64,000 bases of DNA from Nemertoderma westbladi (lineage: Eukaryota; Animalia; Xenacoelomorpha), in contig JAUCBJ010007473.1 of NCBI GenBank assembly GCA_032718475.1, forward strand, positions 20,303-84,302. Reading direction: 5' to 3'. The notes under the pieces were generated by a model that did no database searches, was not told the origin of the DNA, and was given only the letters and a program-made list of their open reading frames with translations. This document shows, piece after piece, positions 1-12,538 of this stretch; position 1 is the first letter of the stretch, and each line of letters starts with the position of its first letter. A program made the translations under genes and the position numbers.

Positions 1-911
1 GGCCACCTGTGCCTGTTTTAGATCATCCAGATCACGTTGGCGGTGCTCAGGTGTAACGGATGGAGCTGCACTACCTCGATTTACACTCGAGAACTAGACA
101 CTTCCTGCAGCTGGTATTGAATAGTTTGCATTTTCAGGTTGTACAGTTTGCTGGGTTATCAACACTATTTTACTCTATATATGTTTGTCTTCTGTCTTTC
201 CTCCACTTTTTGGCCATATTTCATTAATATTCTGTGCAGGTTATTGTTATTGTTATTTACAATGAATTGTTATTGATAAATATTAATATATTATTTACAA
301 TTATTATTATAAATTTTTATTAATCGGAAATAATTCTATAATAAAATAAATATATATTGTCTTTTTAGTGTTAATAAATATATTTAATCCATGTGTTAAT
401 TTAGTGCAATTTAAATTTTAATTTATTAGAAAAACTGTTGTAATAAATTGTAGATAGTTGGAATGGTTTCAATTTGATTGAATAATTGTTAATGCCCATT
501 AGATCACCTACAAATAAAAAAAAATAAATAACCTTACAGTATATTGCGCACCGCACAGTGCATACTGATGTTATTCAATGTTGTAGAGGTTGTTATACTA
601 TACAGTAAGCCTACGGATATATTCACCTGAAGCAAAATAAGCCGTATAACAAACCATTTATAACCAGACGCTGTTACGTTGGGGAGTCCCTAGATGTTTG
701 TTGGATTAGGGAGGTGGTCTTGGGAAGAGTATCTTGCCTTCCATAGTTTCCGGACAGTTCTCGGTCTCTTTCCAGTAAACATAAACAACCAACTGGGCGA
801 TTGAGTTGTTGTGTTTCAAATACAATTCCAGGTTTCCTCTTCGTCCTGGAATAGTGACGATAGAAACATCGCTTCAAAGACACGACGGCCTTACAAAGCC
901 GATTCCAGGCG

Positions 912-1976
912 CTATAGTGGTCCATCGCTCCCGGCAGGAGAGGTGAGAGTCCCTCCAGATCTCCAGTCTCTCTCTCTGATCTCCACAACAGATCTGTTCG
1001 CGGTGGGGGAGTTTAGATCCACAGCGTCGTCCCTGGCAATGTGTAGTACAGACAGATCTATCACGGGTTTAAATAACCTTGATTTACTCGTCCGGGTTTT
1101 AGGTTTGACTTTCTCCGCTCCCTTGGCTTGTCTAATCTCAGCCGTGGTAAGATGGGGAGGCCATTCATCTTCTTTACTTAGGAAGTCGGGTTCACCTAAC
1201 CAGTCTGGAGTATCTGTCAGTTCTTGAGGAGTTGCTCCTCTGGAAGCGATGTCGGCTAGATTAATCGTCTTGGGGCAATGTCTCCATTGATATACATTGG
1301 AGTTAATATCGTCATTATCTGAGGAGTATGGTGTTCCCTCAGTTGTGGTCGTCTCTCCCTCACTGATGTCTTCTTCCCATTCACTCTCCTGATGGACCCG
1401 ATCTTTGGGTAGCCTTTCCAAGAGTGTCCTATGGGAAGGTCCAGTGAGGTACCAACCTACTCTTGTTCTTCCCGCATAGGTTTGCAGTGGTTGCGGTTGA
1501 GCAGGCCGTTTATCCAATGTCTGAAGCGCCTCATGCGCATTTTGGCCGATGAGTATTTGCACTCCAGGGTAGTCTGTATTAAATCTAGGTGTCTTAAGCT
1601 GCTGGGTGAAATCGTCCTCATCCCAGTTATAAGGTTCCACTTGGCTGGTAGCAAAGTTCTTTATTGCCACCATTTTTGCTGACCTTATACTGTGTTCTCC
1701 TAGTTCATCCTGGGGGGTGGACAACGCGCCTACATAGTAGTCTGTAGCTACTGTAGATTTCCAAACCTGCATAATTCCTGAAAGGTTCAACTTAGTTCGG
1801 AACTTGGGTTGTCCAGCAAAGATGTCTTCGGTTAGTTCTTTGTCGATGAATGTTCTTGTGCTGCCGGAGTCAAGGAGGGCGTTCACTATATAGCTCTTTT
1901 GTGGCCCGTGGACTCTCAACTGCACTACGGGAAATTCTCGGATTCCTACGTTGGAAGTTGGTGCTTTCCAAGATGG
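912..1976 (-). pseudogene. Pao aspartic protease fused to an RNase H C-terminal remnant
   Basis: VNALLDSGSTRTFI, ILIG, RTRVGWYLTGP, then QWRHCPKTINLADIASRG and WLGEPDFL in one frame. Confidence 0.8.
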
Positions 1977-4900
1977 TTATCGGTCAGGAGTAGTTAGGGG
2001 GAGCTCACTGTCGGTTTCTTTCTCATACATAAGTGCTCGATACACTGCGGTATTTATTAGGTAACAAGATTCGTTTTCATCGGAGAATTCATCCGTATAG
2101 AATCCTTCCATCTCAGAACTTTGGTCAGTGTCGTGGGACATCACTGAATTGGACATGTAGTTCGGGCTCACTTACCTGACTCGGGCTGTTTCTTTCGAAT
2201 TCAGTGTGCAACAAGATATGATGTTTCGCGCTGCACTTTGCACACCTTGCGTTGGAGTAACAGGTTCGCTGTTGGTGTCCTTGTCTGAGGCAATTATAAC
2301 ACAACCGCTTATCCCACATGACTTCACGTCTATCTTTTAGTGATTTCTTTAAAAATTTATCACACACACTTAAACGGTGGGGCCCATCGCACAGCGCACA
2401 TTTTGGTTTGATGTTACTCACCTTACCTTGGGTAACGTTGTGCACTCTCGTTCTTTCCTCGGGTTTCTTCCGTGAACTCTATTAGGAGACGTAGGAGGAG
2501 TTTTTGTTACCTGTTCTCTCCTGTCATTGGTTCGAGACTTAAATTTACTTACGTCTTTAGGCGCTTTATTGACATAGTAAGATCTTTCAGTGTCTTTCCC
2601 GCTGTCCTCTTCTTGAGAAGCCTGGCTTTCGCCGTCGTCTGTATAACACACTGGTATTACCCTTCTCCTAGAAACGGGTTTCTCACTTACCTTATTTTCC
2701 AGTGTCTTCTCTCTGGACTGCTTTAGGAGCTGTAATTTTACCTCTCCATCTAAGAATGACATGAGATCAGCCATGGTAGGGTCTCTTCGTTGTTGTTCCA
2801 TCATATATAAGACTTTCTTGTCCCAGCGTGTACCTACTCCACCCTTTGGTAAAGTAGAGGCCACGGCTCCAATAACCATAGAACTCTGATATTCATGAGA
2901 CTTACCTAGCCAATCTAATTGTCTACAGATCTCCTGAATCTCATCGGAAAACTCTATAATCCCGCTGCTAATGAACTTTTGGGATGCTACCAATTTTGCA
3001 TACAAATACCTAGCTATGTTATTCCTATTACCATACCTGATGTTTAGTGTATCCCAAACTTGTCTTAATCCATCTGGATGTCCAATAAACTTTAACGCCA
3101 TTAACTTGGGAGGTCCTTCCAAACACTCGATGAGGAATCTAAGTTTCTCTCCGTTAGATAGTACAGAGTTCTGTATGTTATCTTTGTAATATTCATTAAA
3201 AGGTAACCATTTCATCTCATCTCCATTGAACTTGACGATCTCTCCCACCTTTACCGCTTGACGGGCTTCGGTTCTAGCCATTTGACGCGTAAAACTTTCT
3301 TGGGCCATCGTGTTATTTAATATCGAGTTATCGGTATATAAATTTCTCGGATTATGATCAGGTCTATATGGAATATCATTGTCAACAGGTTTATAATTAC
3401 CCTTAATAGGGTTTACTATAGGAGTTTCTACTTCACTAGCAGTATAGATGCGTGTAGGCTCCACACCTTGCGCATGAAATACTTCAGACCTAACAGGTTA
3501 ACACATTGTTACAGGGGGTGGTGGTATACCCTTTTGTGTATTTACTAATTTATCGCGTTCTAACGCGATGCTCTGCTGCACTTCTTGCAACTGTAACCTA
3601 CTTTCCCTTACTGTTCCCTTGAACTGTTGAACAGTCTCCTGCATCTGCCCGAGTAGGAGATCCATCCCCCGCCGTCCCTCATCCACCCACTCGACCGCCG
3701 ACGCGTGAGCCGCCAACATAGTAGCGGGTAGACGAGGGACAACGGGCGACAAATCCTTGATATTTCGCTCGGAGTCCAGGACAGGAACTGTCTCAGGGGC
3801 GGTTCTGTTGGGCACAGGTAGTTTAGTGCTGTGCAAAGGGAAATTAGAGGTAGGTTCTGGGAGTACAGGTGTCTCTATCACCGAAGGGGTGGCTTCGAGA
3901 ACAGGCCTAATTATTTCAGGCTCATCTACTATAGTAGGGAGTCTTTCTACTCTAATAATTTGGTCTGTAGGTTCTGTACTACCTAAGTCTGTGCTAGCTA
4001 GTTGCCTTCTCACAGCTGGGGGCAAATCAGGCAATTTCTGACGGTGGGGCATTCTTCTACGCCTGCTGAGACGAGATCTATTTCCTCCGCCTTCAGGATC
4101 TGTTGTATCGCCTTCATCCGATGATGTAAAGCCCTGTCGCTTGGGGGTGGATCGACTTATCAGCTGCATCTGACTAGCTGTTATCTGTTTATTGAAGTTG
4201 TCTTGCTTCTCTTGAAGATTTTCCAACTCTAGTTGGGTTGTCTCTTCAGATGCCCTCCGTTCTGCTTCTGCCACTGCCACTGCCGCCTTTCTTTCCACTT
4301 CTACTGCTGCAGCTGCCGCTTTTGCCTCTGCCGCTGCCGCTTTTGCCTCTGCCGCTGCCGCTTTTCTTTCAACTTCTGCGGCCTTTCTTTCAGCTTCTGC
4401 GGCTGCCATTGCCTCTTTCCTTTCAACTTCTGCCGCTGCCGCTGCTGCTATCTTTCTGTCTTCTATACGTTTTTTCTTTACTTGTTCTTCTTGTTCCCTA
4501 ACGATGCGGATTCTTTCATCAAATTTAGCTCGATCCGCTTCCAACCTTTCCGCATCTATTGCGTCCAACACATACTTGGCTCCTTCACTATTAGGACGAA
4601 GTCCAGCCAGCCGTCTCCTCAACTCTTTGTCTCCTACAAATCGTTGATAGTTCGACAGGTAGATGTCAATAGCGTCCTTCTTCTGAGGTTTCTCTAATGT
4701 AACCTCGCTTTCCACCTGAGAAAAGGCAGCGTCTGTTGATTCTCCATGGGTGGAGCGCTCAGCCAGCTGAAATTTCCACTGGGCCGTTCCTTGAACCTTG
4801 AGACTCACCCGCTGGAACCAAGTCTTTACGGCAACTTGCAACGACGTGTCTTGTCTTCTTTTCGAAGCTTCCTCAAAGGCCGATAGGATTAGTCTGATTC

Positions 4901-5234
4901 TTATAATTCTTTCTCGAACTTGATAAAGCAGCTCTCCCTGCTCTTGAGGTCCTTGGGTTTGTTGAAACAGTTGTTCCTCTAATCGCTCCAAAGAGGTGAA
5001 GAATCCCTGTACATATCCTGCTGCCGACCTCTTCCACATAGCTGGATCACTAGTGTCTTTCGTCACTCCCATCCTGTGTATGTCTTCCCAGGCAGCTTCC
5101 GATAAGTCAAACGGGAGTCCGGGTCCGGGGAAGTTCCATTGCGACTCGACAATAGACTTCAGTTCCTCCCTTGTGTATCCCGCATAACTGTCTTTGTATA
5201 CCGAAGGACGAACGGGGGTCGTCGAGGCCTTCAA
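1977..5234 (-). pseudogene. BEL/Pao Gag (coiled coil, DUF1759-like capsid, three Zn knuckles), disrupted
   Basis: KFNGDEMKW..EKLRFL..L..RYG; CALCDGPHRLSVC, CYNCLRQGHQQRTC, CAKCSAKHHILLH. In-frame stop at 3498 and two frameshifts near 2440 and 2160. Confidence 0.85.
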
Positions 5235-5686
5235 TGCCAGCGCACATACTAAGGGGGAGGCCAGCAGAGGTAGTATCTAAGATTAAGGATGAAAACAGGG
5301 GCGGCATTATACCGCCGAACGACAAGTTGAGAGGTGGCATTTTGATGCCAAGTGGCGAGGAAGTTAAGAAGGCGGCGGAGAGACCCGATTTTAGGGTGGC
5401 GGAAGAGGGAGAACCAATTCCTGGTCAGTTGGAATTGGCGAAGAAAGTGTGGCGAAGAGTAAGAGGACGTATAGGCGGGCAGTGGGAGAGTGCCTACTGG
5501 AAGAAGGGGCACCTTAGAGTTTTAGTCGTCCAATGTTTTGGACTGAGGGGGGTGGGAATGAGGGCGAGACGCCCTTCCCACGCAAAAATAATTATTTAAT
5601 TAAAACGAAAATAATAAAATAATTAAATAATAAAATAAATAGAAAGTCAGAAAGTAAGTAGTAGTTAGTAAGTAGATAGCTAGTTA

Positions 5687-6205
5687 CCTTTATTATTACC
5701 CCAGTCAGATAAGAGATAATAATCAGTAAAAACCAAACTAAACTGTCTTTCATGCAAACAAATTTCTAACTAAAAACGGGTGAATGACCATGACCATGGA
5801 AATAATTTTAAATATAATCGTATATCAACTCTTTGGGGAGGCTTCCAAACCCAAAAACAATTATTTCGTTACATATAATATAGTAAATAACGTTGTATGT
5901 TCTTCTTCCTCTCATAATAAAATATATATGAAATATCTCTGATCGCTGTGCCCTGAACATTTCACAACCAAAATGTTTCAGTGTGAAAAGTGTAGGCCTA
6001 CCACACCCCGCCCAAACAGCCGCAAACGCATAGCCAACAAATTTATCAAAAGTTTACATACATGTTGTGTTCATGACGAGATGAGTGAAAATTGATCGCG
6101 TAATATAAACTAAAAAATTGAGAGTCGGGCCTGGCTCTTCTCCACTTTCTTACCCAATGGAAATGTTGTTGTTATAATCTAATATTGGGGCGGCTTTCTC
6201 TCGTT
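5687..6205. mobile_element. ~520 bp non-autonomous interspersed element, copy 1
   Basis: Highly similar reverse-complement copy at 30612-31134 with the same two ends. Confidence 0.8.
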
Positions 6206-7190
6206 AGTTAGAGAGGCTAATTAGTTAGTAGAAGGTACGTAGTACCGAGTAGAGGTAGTAGTATAGTGGTTGTGGGCACCGCAAGCGCCACGTAGATGGA
6301 AGTAGTGGTAGAGAGGTTGTGGGCACCGGAAGCGCCACGGTACAGGGGATACGTTGAACTAAGTGGGGCACGGGCCTGATGACGTGTTTGATGTAAGAGC
6401 AGGGTATGTTAATTAGGGTGGGTGCCGGGCACAAGAGGTGCCGGGCACAAGAAGTTAGTAGTAGAGTTAGTTGAGTTAGTGGAGAGTTAGTAGAGTTGGT
6501 AAGAGTTAGTAGTAGAGTTAGTAGAGAGTTAGTAGAGTTAGTAAGAGTTAGTAGTAGTTCACATGATTAACGTACCCACTCTGCCGGCACTCAGAGCGTC
6601 GCGTGCAGGCGAGGAGATGTAAAGGGGGTAAGATGTAGATAGAGTAGAATAGTAGAGACGGGCACATAGGGTGCCAGGTAGTAGAGTTAGAGAGTTAGAG
6701 GTAGTAGAGTTAGAGAGTTAGAGGTAGTAGAGTAGTAGAGACGGGCACATAGGGTGCCAGATAGTAGAGTGGTTGTGGGCACCGCAAGCGCCACGTAGGG
6801 AGTAGAAAGGAGTAGACTAAGTAGAGTTAGAGTTAGTAGAGAGTTAGAGGGTTTTAGTTAGAGTTAGCAGTAGAGGGGTTGTGGGCACCCTAAGCGCCAC
6901 GTAGTTAGAAGAGTTGGTAAGAGTTAGAGAGAGTTAGTAGGAGTTAGTTAGACTTAGTAGAGCTAGTTAGAGTCGGAGAGTTAGTAGAGAGTTAGATAGT
7001 TAGCAAGTAAGTAGTAGGTAGATAGTATGATAGCACAGGGGTAGCATTAGGGATTAGGGCCTTAGGGAGTGGTAGAGAATAGAGAGGAGTATGGAGAGAA
7101 GTTAGAGTGCGATTCAGGTGTGGGGAGAGAGTAAGAGTGGGGAGAGAGTAATAGCGGAGTTAGAGTGAGAGATTAGAGTTATAGTGGAGA
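6206..7190. repeat. Low-complexity GTAGAGTTA-type repeats with four GTGGGCACCNNAAGCGCCAC hairpin motifs
   Basis: Motif copies at 6272, 6319, 6775 and 6881 in an A/G/T-skewed matrix. Confidence 0.75.
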
Positions 7191-7662
7191 GCTTTTAAAA
7201 TTGTGTGAGAGTCCACAATTGGCTCGACACGAGACGTCAGATGGGTAGCATTATCATACCCATGGGGAGCGGCCTGGAAAGCCGACTCCAAGAAAAATAG
7301 ACCCACCCCACACCCGATACTAGATCGGGATCCAGCGGAATTGTAGCGCACTTGAGTTGGATGCTATCTTCTCACCGGGAAGATAGCATGGGGGGGGAGT
7401 GTTAGCTTATTCAATTCCGCTAACCACCCCATAAAGTGAGCCTTAAGCAATATTGGGGAACACGAGGTCGACTATCAATCAACCTCGTGTCACCCCAACA
7501 AAGTGGGAAGGAGAAACCCCAAAGAACACACGCACAATAGGGGTCAGGGGTTACACCCCTGAGAGAGAGGGAATAGCAGGGGTAAAGGGAAGTACTCCAA
7601 AGGGAGGTAAAAGGGCGACAACAGGGTTATTAGCCAATGGGGGGAAGGCATCGGCTGAGTAG

Positions 7663-7962
7663 TGTTATGCGGCCAACCGTGCAATATATATTACCAGTCT
7701 TTATGTCATTTGTCCAGTTATCCCAGTACAGTCAGGCAGTACGGTGACAGTTAAGACCGTCACCGCCGTCACCAACTACCTATATTATAACATACCGGTA
7801 ACCTGTGCTATCTGTTACTGTTTCTCATTTACATTTATATCGTATCACACATATATCATTAACAAGGACACTGGAACGAACTATTACCTTTTCCATTCAC
7901 ACGGCGGGGACGCGTACGAAAACAACACCGGATAAACCGGGATCCTCTCGGATCCCGTCACA
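7663..7962. repeat. LTR-like ~300 bp segment (TGT...ACA)
   Basis: TGTTA...TCACA termini at the 5' end of the Pao element; no partner LTR, TSD or clear PBS. Confidence 0.35.
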
Positions 7963-9202
7963 TACAGTACACTAAAAATGATACAGTACTTCTACAGTAA
8001 TTATCTCAAGGCATCCATAATTTACACATAACTGCAATGATCAATTTAGGTGATGTTGACACTCGAAAAATGTGATTTGAGTGATTAGTTCTCGATTTAT
8101 TGTACAAAATGTCAAAGCTAGGTCCACCAATGACCTTATATTGAGTTGACAGCCTAATACAGTATTGAGGTTGAATTTATTCCAAGATTGTCCGACTTAT
8201 TATCGTTCAAACATTTCCGATGATGACAACGACAGACGGGTCCACTACTTATACCCATATGCTAAGGCCACCTGGACTTACGATGCTCGCCCCACAGTTA
8301 ATCGAATGTCATATATGTAGGATATCACAGCCCACACTAAAAAAAACATTAAAAGAAGCGCTAGCCATTCAGCAGTTCGTGCTTTTCATTTAAGGCTGTC
8401 ATAAAAATTTGGATAGAATTTATTGCCAGTAATTAGATGCGTCCTATTGGATGCTATTTATAGATCCATACCCCTTTTCTATTCTCTCTTACCCGTAGCA
8501 CAGAGAAGATCTTCCCCCAGCTCACGCGCTGAATAGGGAAGGATTTTCAAAAAAAAAAAATTTCACCAAAAACCCGATGTAAATCAAAGATACTAAGTTG
8601 TGTGCACAAGATACTACAGTAAGTTGTGCGCACAACTTAGGAAAAAAATATGTTTTCCCAAATGTCCCTTTAGGGGCTCCGTACTATACCGAAATGCCAA
8701 GGAAACTATTATTATAGATACCCAATGTTCCGTTATTTTTTCTTTATTGCCTCCGGTTGAGAGGAGCCTTCGGGTTGCCATGATTTTTGGTTATCAGGGC
8801 CGGATTCAGTGTGGTGGTGGGTGGACTGGGGCCGGGTTAGTGGTGGGGGGGCCTGGGCTCTACTGCATGGGGTTAGCACCGGGCCGATGGCGCCGAGCAC
8901 TTCTCACAGACTAGTACAGTATACTACTGAAAGATACTGTACGTTTTCTCTCGTCAGGTCATGCTCTCGTTTTCGATACTTTTCAATAAATTTTATTGCA
9001 AATACCTTTCAAAGAAACCTGAATGTACTGTAGATGTAAATGTATATTAGTGCGAAATGTGAGTCAGGAAATGTTTGGAAATTTCCCATACATTTTTCCA
9101 ATAATTTCTTATAGATTTTCGGATTTTCCGGAAATTTCCTATTTTGCTAATTATTTTATTTAGCATATTCTTCAAACATATAGTAAAACACAAATAGAGT
9201 AA

Positions 9203-12200
9203 AACACAAGTTGAGTAAACACTAGAAACAAGGGATTCCTGCAACACAAGTAGAGTAAACACTAGAAACAAGGGATTCCTGCAACACAAGTAGAGTAAAC
9301 ACTAGAAACAAGGGATTCCTGCTAAGATGTGAGAGTAAACACTAGAAACGAGGGATTCCTGCTAAGATGTGAGAGTAAACACTAGAAACAAGGGATTCCT
9401 GCAACACAAGTAGAGTAAACACTAGAAACAAGGGATTCCTGCTAAGATGTGAGAGTAAACACTAGAAACAAGGGATTCCTGCTAAGACGTGAGAGTAAAC
9501 ACTAGAAACAAGGGATTCCTGCAACACAAGTAGAGTAAACACTAGAAACACTAGAACTCTTTCTTCTGTCGGAAGAAAGACAGCTGCTGTCCCTGCCAGT
9601 CCGGCACGGTGGATTGGGCGTTCCGGTTCCCGCCGACCTCGACGCACAGTACGGCAACTCGCGCGATATGTGCGAACCGTTTCATCTAGCCGATACCCAT
9701 TCGATGTCGGTGATCCGGGAGCGGCAGAAGCTGGCATTGGCAGCGCTGAAAGTTCGTGGGGCGCTGCACCTGAAAATTAAAACAGAAGAGGTTTACAGGA
9801 ATATCTCGCCAAACCAACGCAAGTTGTGTGAGTTAACCTCAGAGAAAGGCGCTTCAACTTGGCTTAACACCAAACCGCTAACCCAAGTTCAAACTCAACT
9901 AGATAAGGAAGAGTTCCGAGACGCCCTGAGTCTACGTTACGGGTGGTCCCCTAAGGATCTCCCAGCTCGTTGTGCCTGTGGGGAGCGATTTTCCGCTTCG
10001 CATATTCTGTCGTGCCCTACTGGAGGTTTCCCCTCCATAAGGCACAACGAGATCCGCGATTTCGTGGCTGATTCCCTTACCGAGGTGGCGCACAATGTGG
10101 CAGTTGAGCCGATGCTCCAGCCACTGACAGGCGAGCAGTTCGCCCTCTGATCAGCTTCGACTGACCAGCAGGCGCGGCTGGACGTTTCGGTGAGTGGCTT
10201 CTGGGGCAACCGCTTCCAGAGGACCTTCATCGACGTTTCAGTATTTAACCCGCTGGCCGCTACGAACGCCGCCATGTCTTTGGATGCCGCCCATCGCCAT
10301 CACGAGGACCGAAAGATCCGGAAGTACGAGGAGCGGGTGAGGGAGGTTGAACACGGCAACTTCACTCCCCTCATCTTCACGGCTTTCGGCGGGATGTCCA
10401 AAGCCGCCACGCAGTTTGTTACTCGCCTGGCCCACAAGATCGCAGACAAAAGGGAGGTCCGGTACTCCGACAGTATCACCTGGGTTCGCCGGCGACTGAG
10501 TTTCGCGTTGCTGAGGTCGTCGCTGCTCTGTTTGCGTGGCTGTAGATCAGCTTCTCGCCGCCCAGTCCGCTGCAATATCGCGGAGGCGTCCATTCTCCTG
10601 GCGAATGCAAACTCGGACCCAACAGGCTGAATGGCAGTGCAGTGGTAGGCAGTGCAGTACACAGTACAGCAGTACATACTGTTTAAAATAGCAATCTGGT
10701 TGCTAGGCAGCCGTCAAATACAGCTGGTGGTGGTTGTACAATTGTTTTTTAAATTTCCCGCGTTTCTCTAATTACTGTTTTTAATTGTTTGTTATAGTGC
10801 CTATAATTGTGTTTGTATTTCTGAAGGTTTTTATGATTTTGTGAGTAAATGAGGCTTGTAAATAAAAAAAGAAACAAGGGATTCCTGCTAAGATGTGAGA
10901 GTAAACACTAGAAACAAGGGATTCCTGATAAGATGTGAGAGTAAACACTAGAAACGAGGGATTCCTGCTAAGATGTGAGAGTAAACACTAGAAACGAGGG
11001 ATTCCTGCTAAGATGTGAGAGTAAACACTAGAAACAAGGGATTCCTGATAAGATGTGAGAGTAAACACTAGAAACGAGGGATTCCTGATAAGATGTGAGA
11101 GTAAACACTAGAAACGAGGGATTCCTGCTAAGATGTGAGAGTAAACACTAAAAACAAGGGATTCCTGCAACACAAGTAGAGTAAACACTAGAAACAAGGG
11201 ATTCCTGCTAAGATGTGAGAGTAAACACTAGAAACAAGGGATTCCTGCTAAGATGTGAGAGTAAACACTAGAAACGAGGGATTCCTGCTAAGATGTGAGA
11301 GTAAACACTAGAAACAAGGGATTCCTGATAAGATGTGAGAGTAAACACTAGAAACAAGGGATTCCTGCTAAGATGTGAGAGTAAACACTAGAAACAAGGG
11401 ATTCCTGCAACACAAGTAGAGTAAACACTAGAAACAAGGGATTCCTGCTAAGATGTGAGAGTAAACACTAGAAACGAGGGATTCCTGCTAAGATGTGAGA
11501 GTAAACACTAGAAACAAGGGATTCCTGCTAAGATGTGAGAGTAAACACTAGAAACAAGGGATTCCTGCAACACAAGTAGAGTAAACACTAGAAACAAGGG
11601 ATTCCTGCTAAGATGTGAGAGTAAACACTAGAAACGAGGGATTCCTGCTAAGATGTGAGAGTAAACACTAGAAACGAGGGATTCCTGCTAAGATGTGAGA
11701 GTAAACACTAGAAACAAGGGATTCCTGCAACACAAGTAGAGTAAACACTAGAAACAAGGGATTCCTGCTAAGATGTGAGAGTAAACACTAGAAACGAGGG
11801 ATTCCTGCTAAGATGTGAGAGTAAACACTAGAAACGAGGGATTCCTGCTAAGATGTGAGAGTAAACACTAGAAACAAGGGATTCCTGCAACACAAGTAGA
11901 GTAAACACTAGAAACAAGGGATTCCTGCTAAGATGTGAGAGTAAACACTAGAAACGAGGGATTCCTGCAACACAAGTAGAGTAAACACTAGAAACAAGGG
12001 ATTCCTGCTAAGATGTGAGAGTAAACACTAGAAACAAGGGATTCCTGCAACACAAGTAGAGTAAACACTAGAAACAAGGGATTCCTGCTAAGATGTGAGA
12101 GTAAACACTAGAAACAAGGGATTCCTGCTAAGATGTGAGAGTAAACACTAGAAACAAGGGATTCCTGCAACACAAGTAGAGTAAACACTAGAAACAAGGG

Positions 12201-12538
12201 ATTCCTGCTAAGATGTGAGAGTAAACACTAGAAACAAGGGATTCCTGCAACACAAGTAGAGTAAACACTAGAAACAAGGGATTCCTGCTAAGATGTGAGA
12301 GTAAACACTAGAAACAAGGGATTCCTGCAACACAAGTAGAGTAAACACTAGAAACAAGGGATTCCTGCTAAGATGTGAGAGTAAACACTAGAAACGAGGG
12401 ATTCCTGCTAAGATGTGAGAGTAAACACTAGAAACGAGGGATTCCTGCTAAGATGTGAGAGTAAACACTAGAAACAAGGGATTCCTGATAAGATGTGAGA
12501 GTAAACACTAGAAACAAGGGATTCCTGCTAAGATGTGT
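9203..12538. repeat. 40-bp tandem array with two monomer classes, interrupted by a LINE
   Basis: GAGTAAACACTAGAAACAAGGGATTCCTGC followed by TAAGATGTGA or AACACAAGTA. Confidence 0.97.
9551..10870 (+). mobile_element. 5'-truncated restriction-like-endonuclease non-LTR retrotransposon (CRE-like)
   Basis: CACG..H...C Zn finger, RHNEIRD, RLDV, GFW, FIDV, K..KY motifs; one in-frame TGA at 10148; AATAAA plus A tail; GAAACA duplicated on both sides. Confidence 0.85.

Larger units (their letters stand above)
672..7962 (-). mobile_element. BEL/Pao-derived element: Gag + protease, RT/integrase core absent, long repetitive leader
   Basis: DUF1759-like Gag, Pao triple Zn knuckle, ALLDSGS protease, vestiges of the RNase H C-terminus (WRHCP..NLADIASRG) and of the Pao C-terminus (RPVGCLCLLE). 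Outer boundaries are approximate; no matching LTR pair seen. Confidence 0.8.

Noticed and set aside
4233-4697. Cys-rich and Leu/Pro-rich + strand ORFs (also 21232-21674 on -)
   Set aside because: Antisense shadows of repetitive coiled-coil Gag codons
9203-12538. CRISPR-like repeat/spacer look
   Set aside because: Only two recurring 10-bp variable segments, no unique spacers, no cas genes, eukaryotic context
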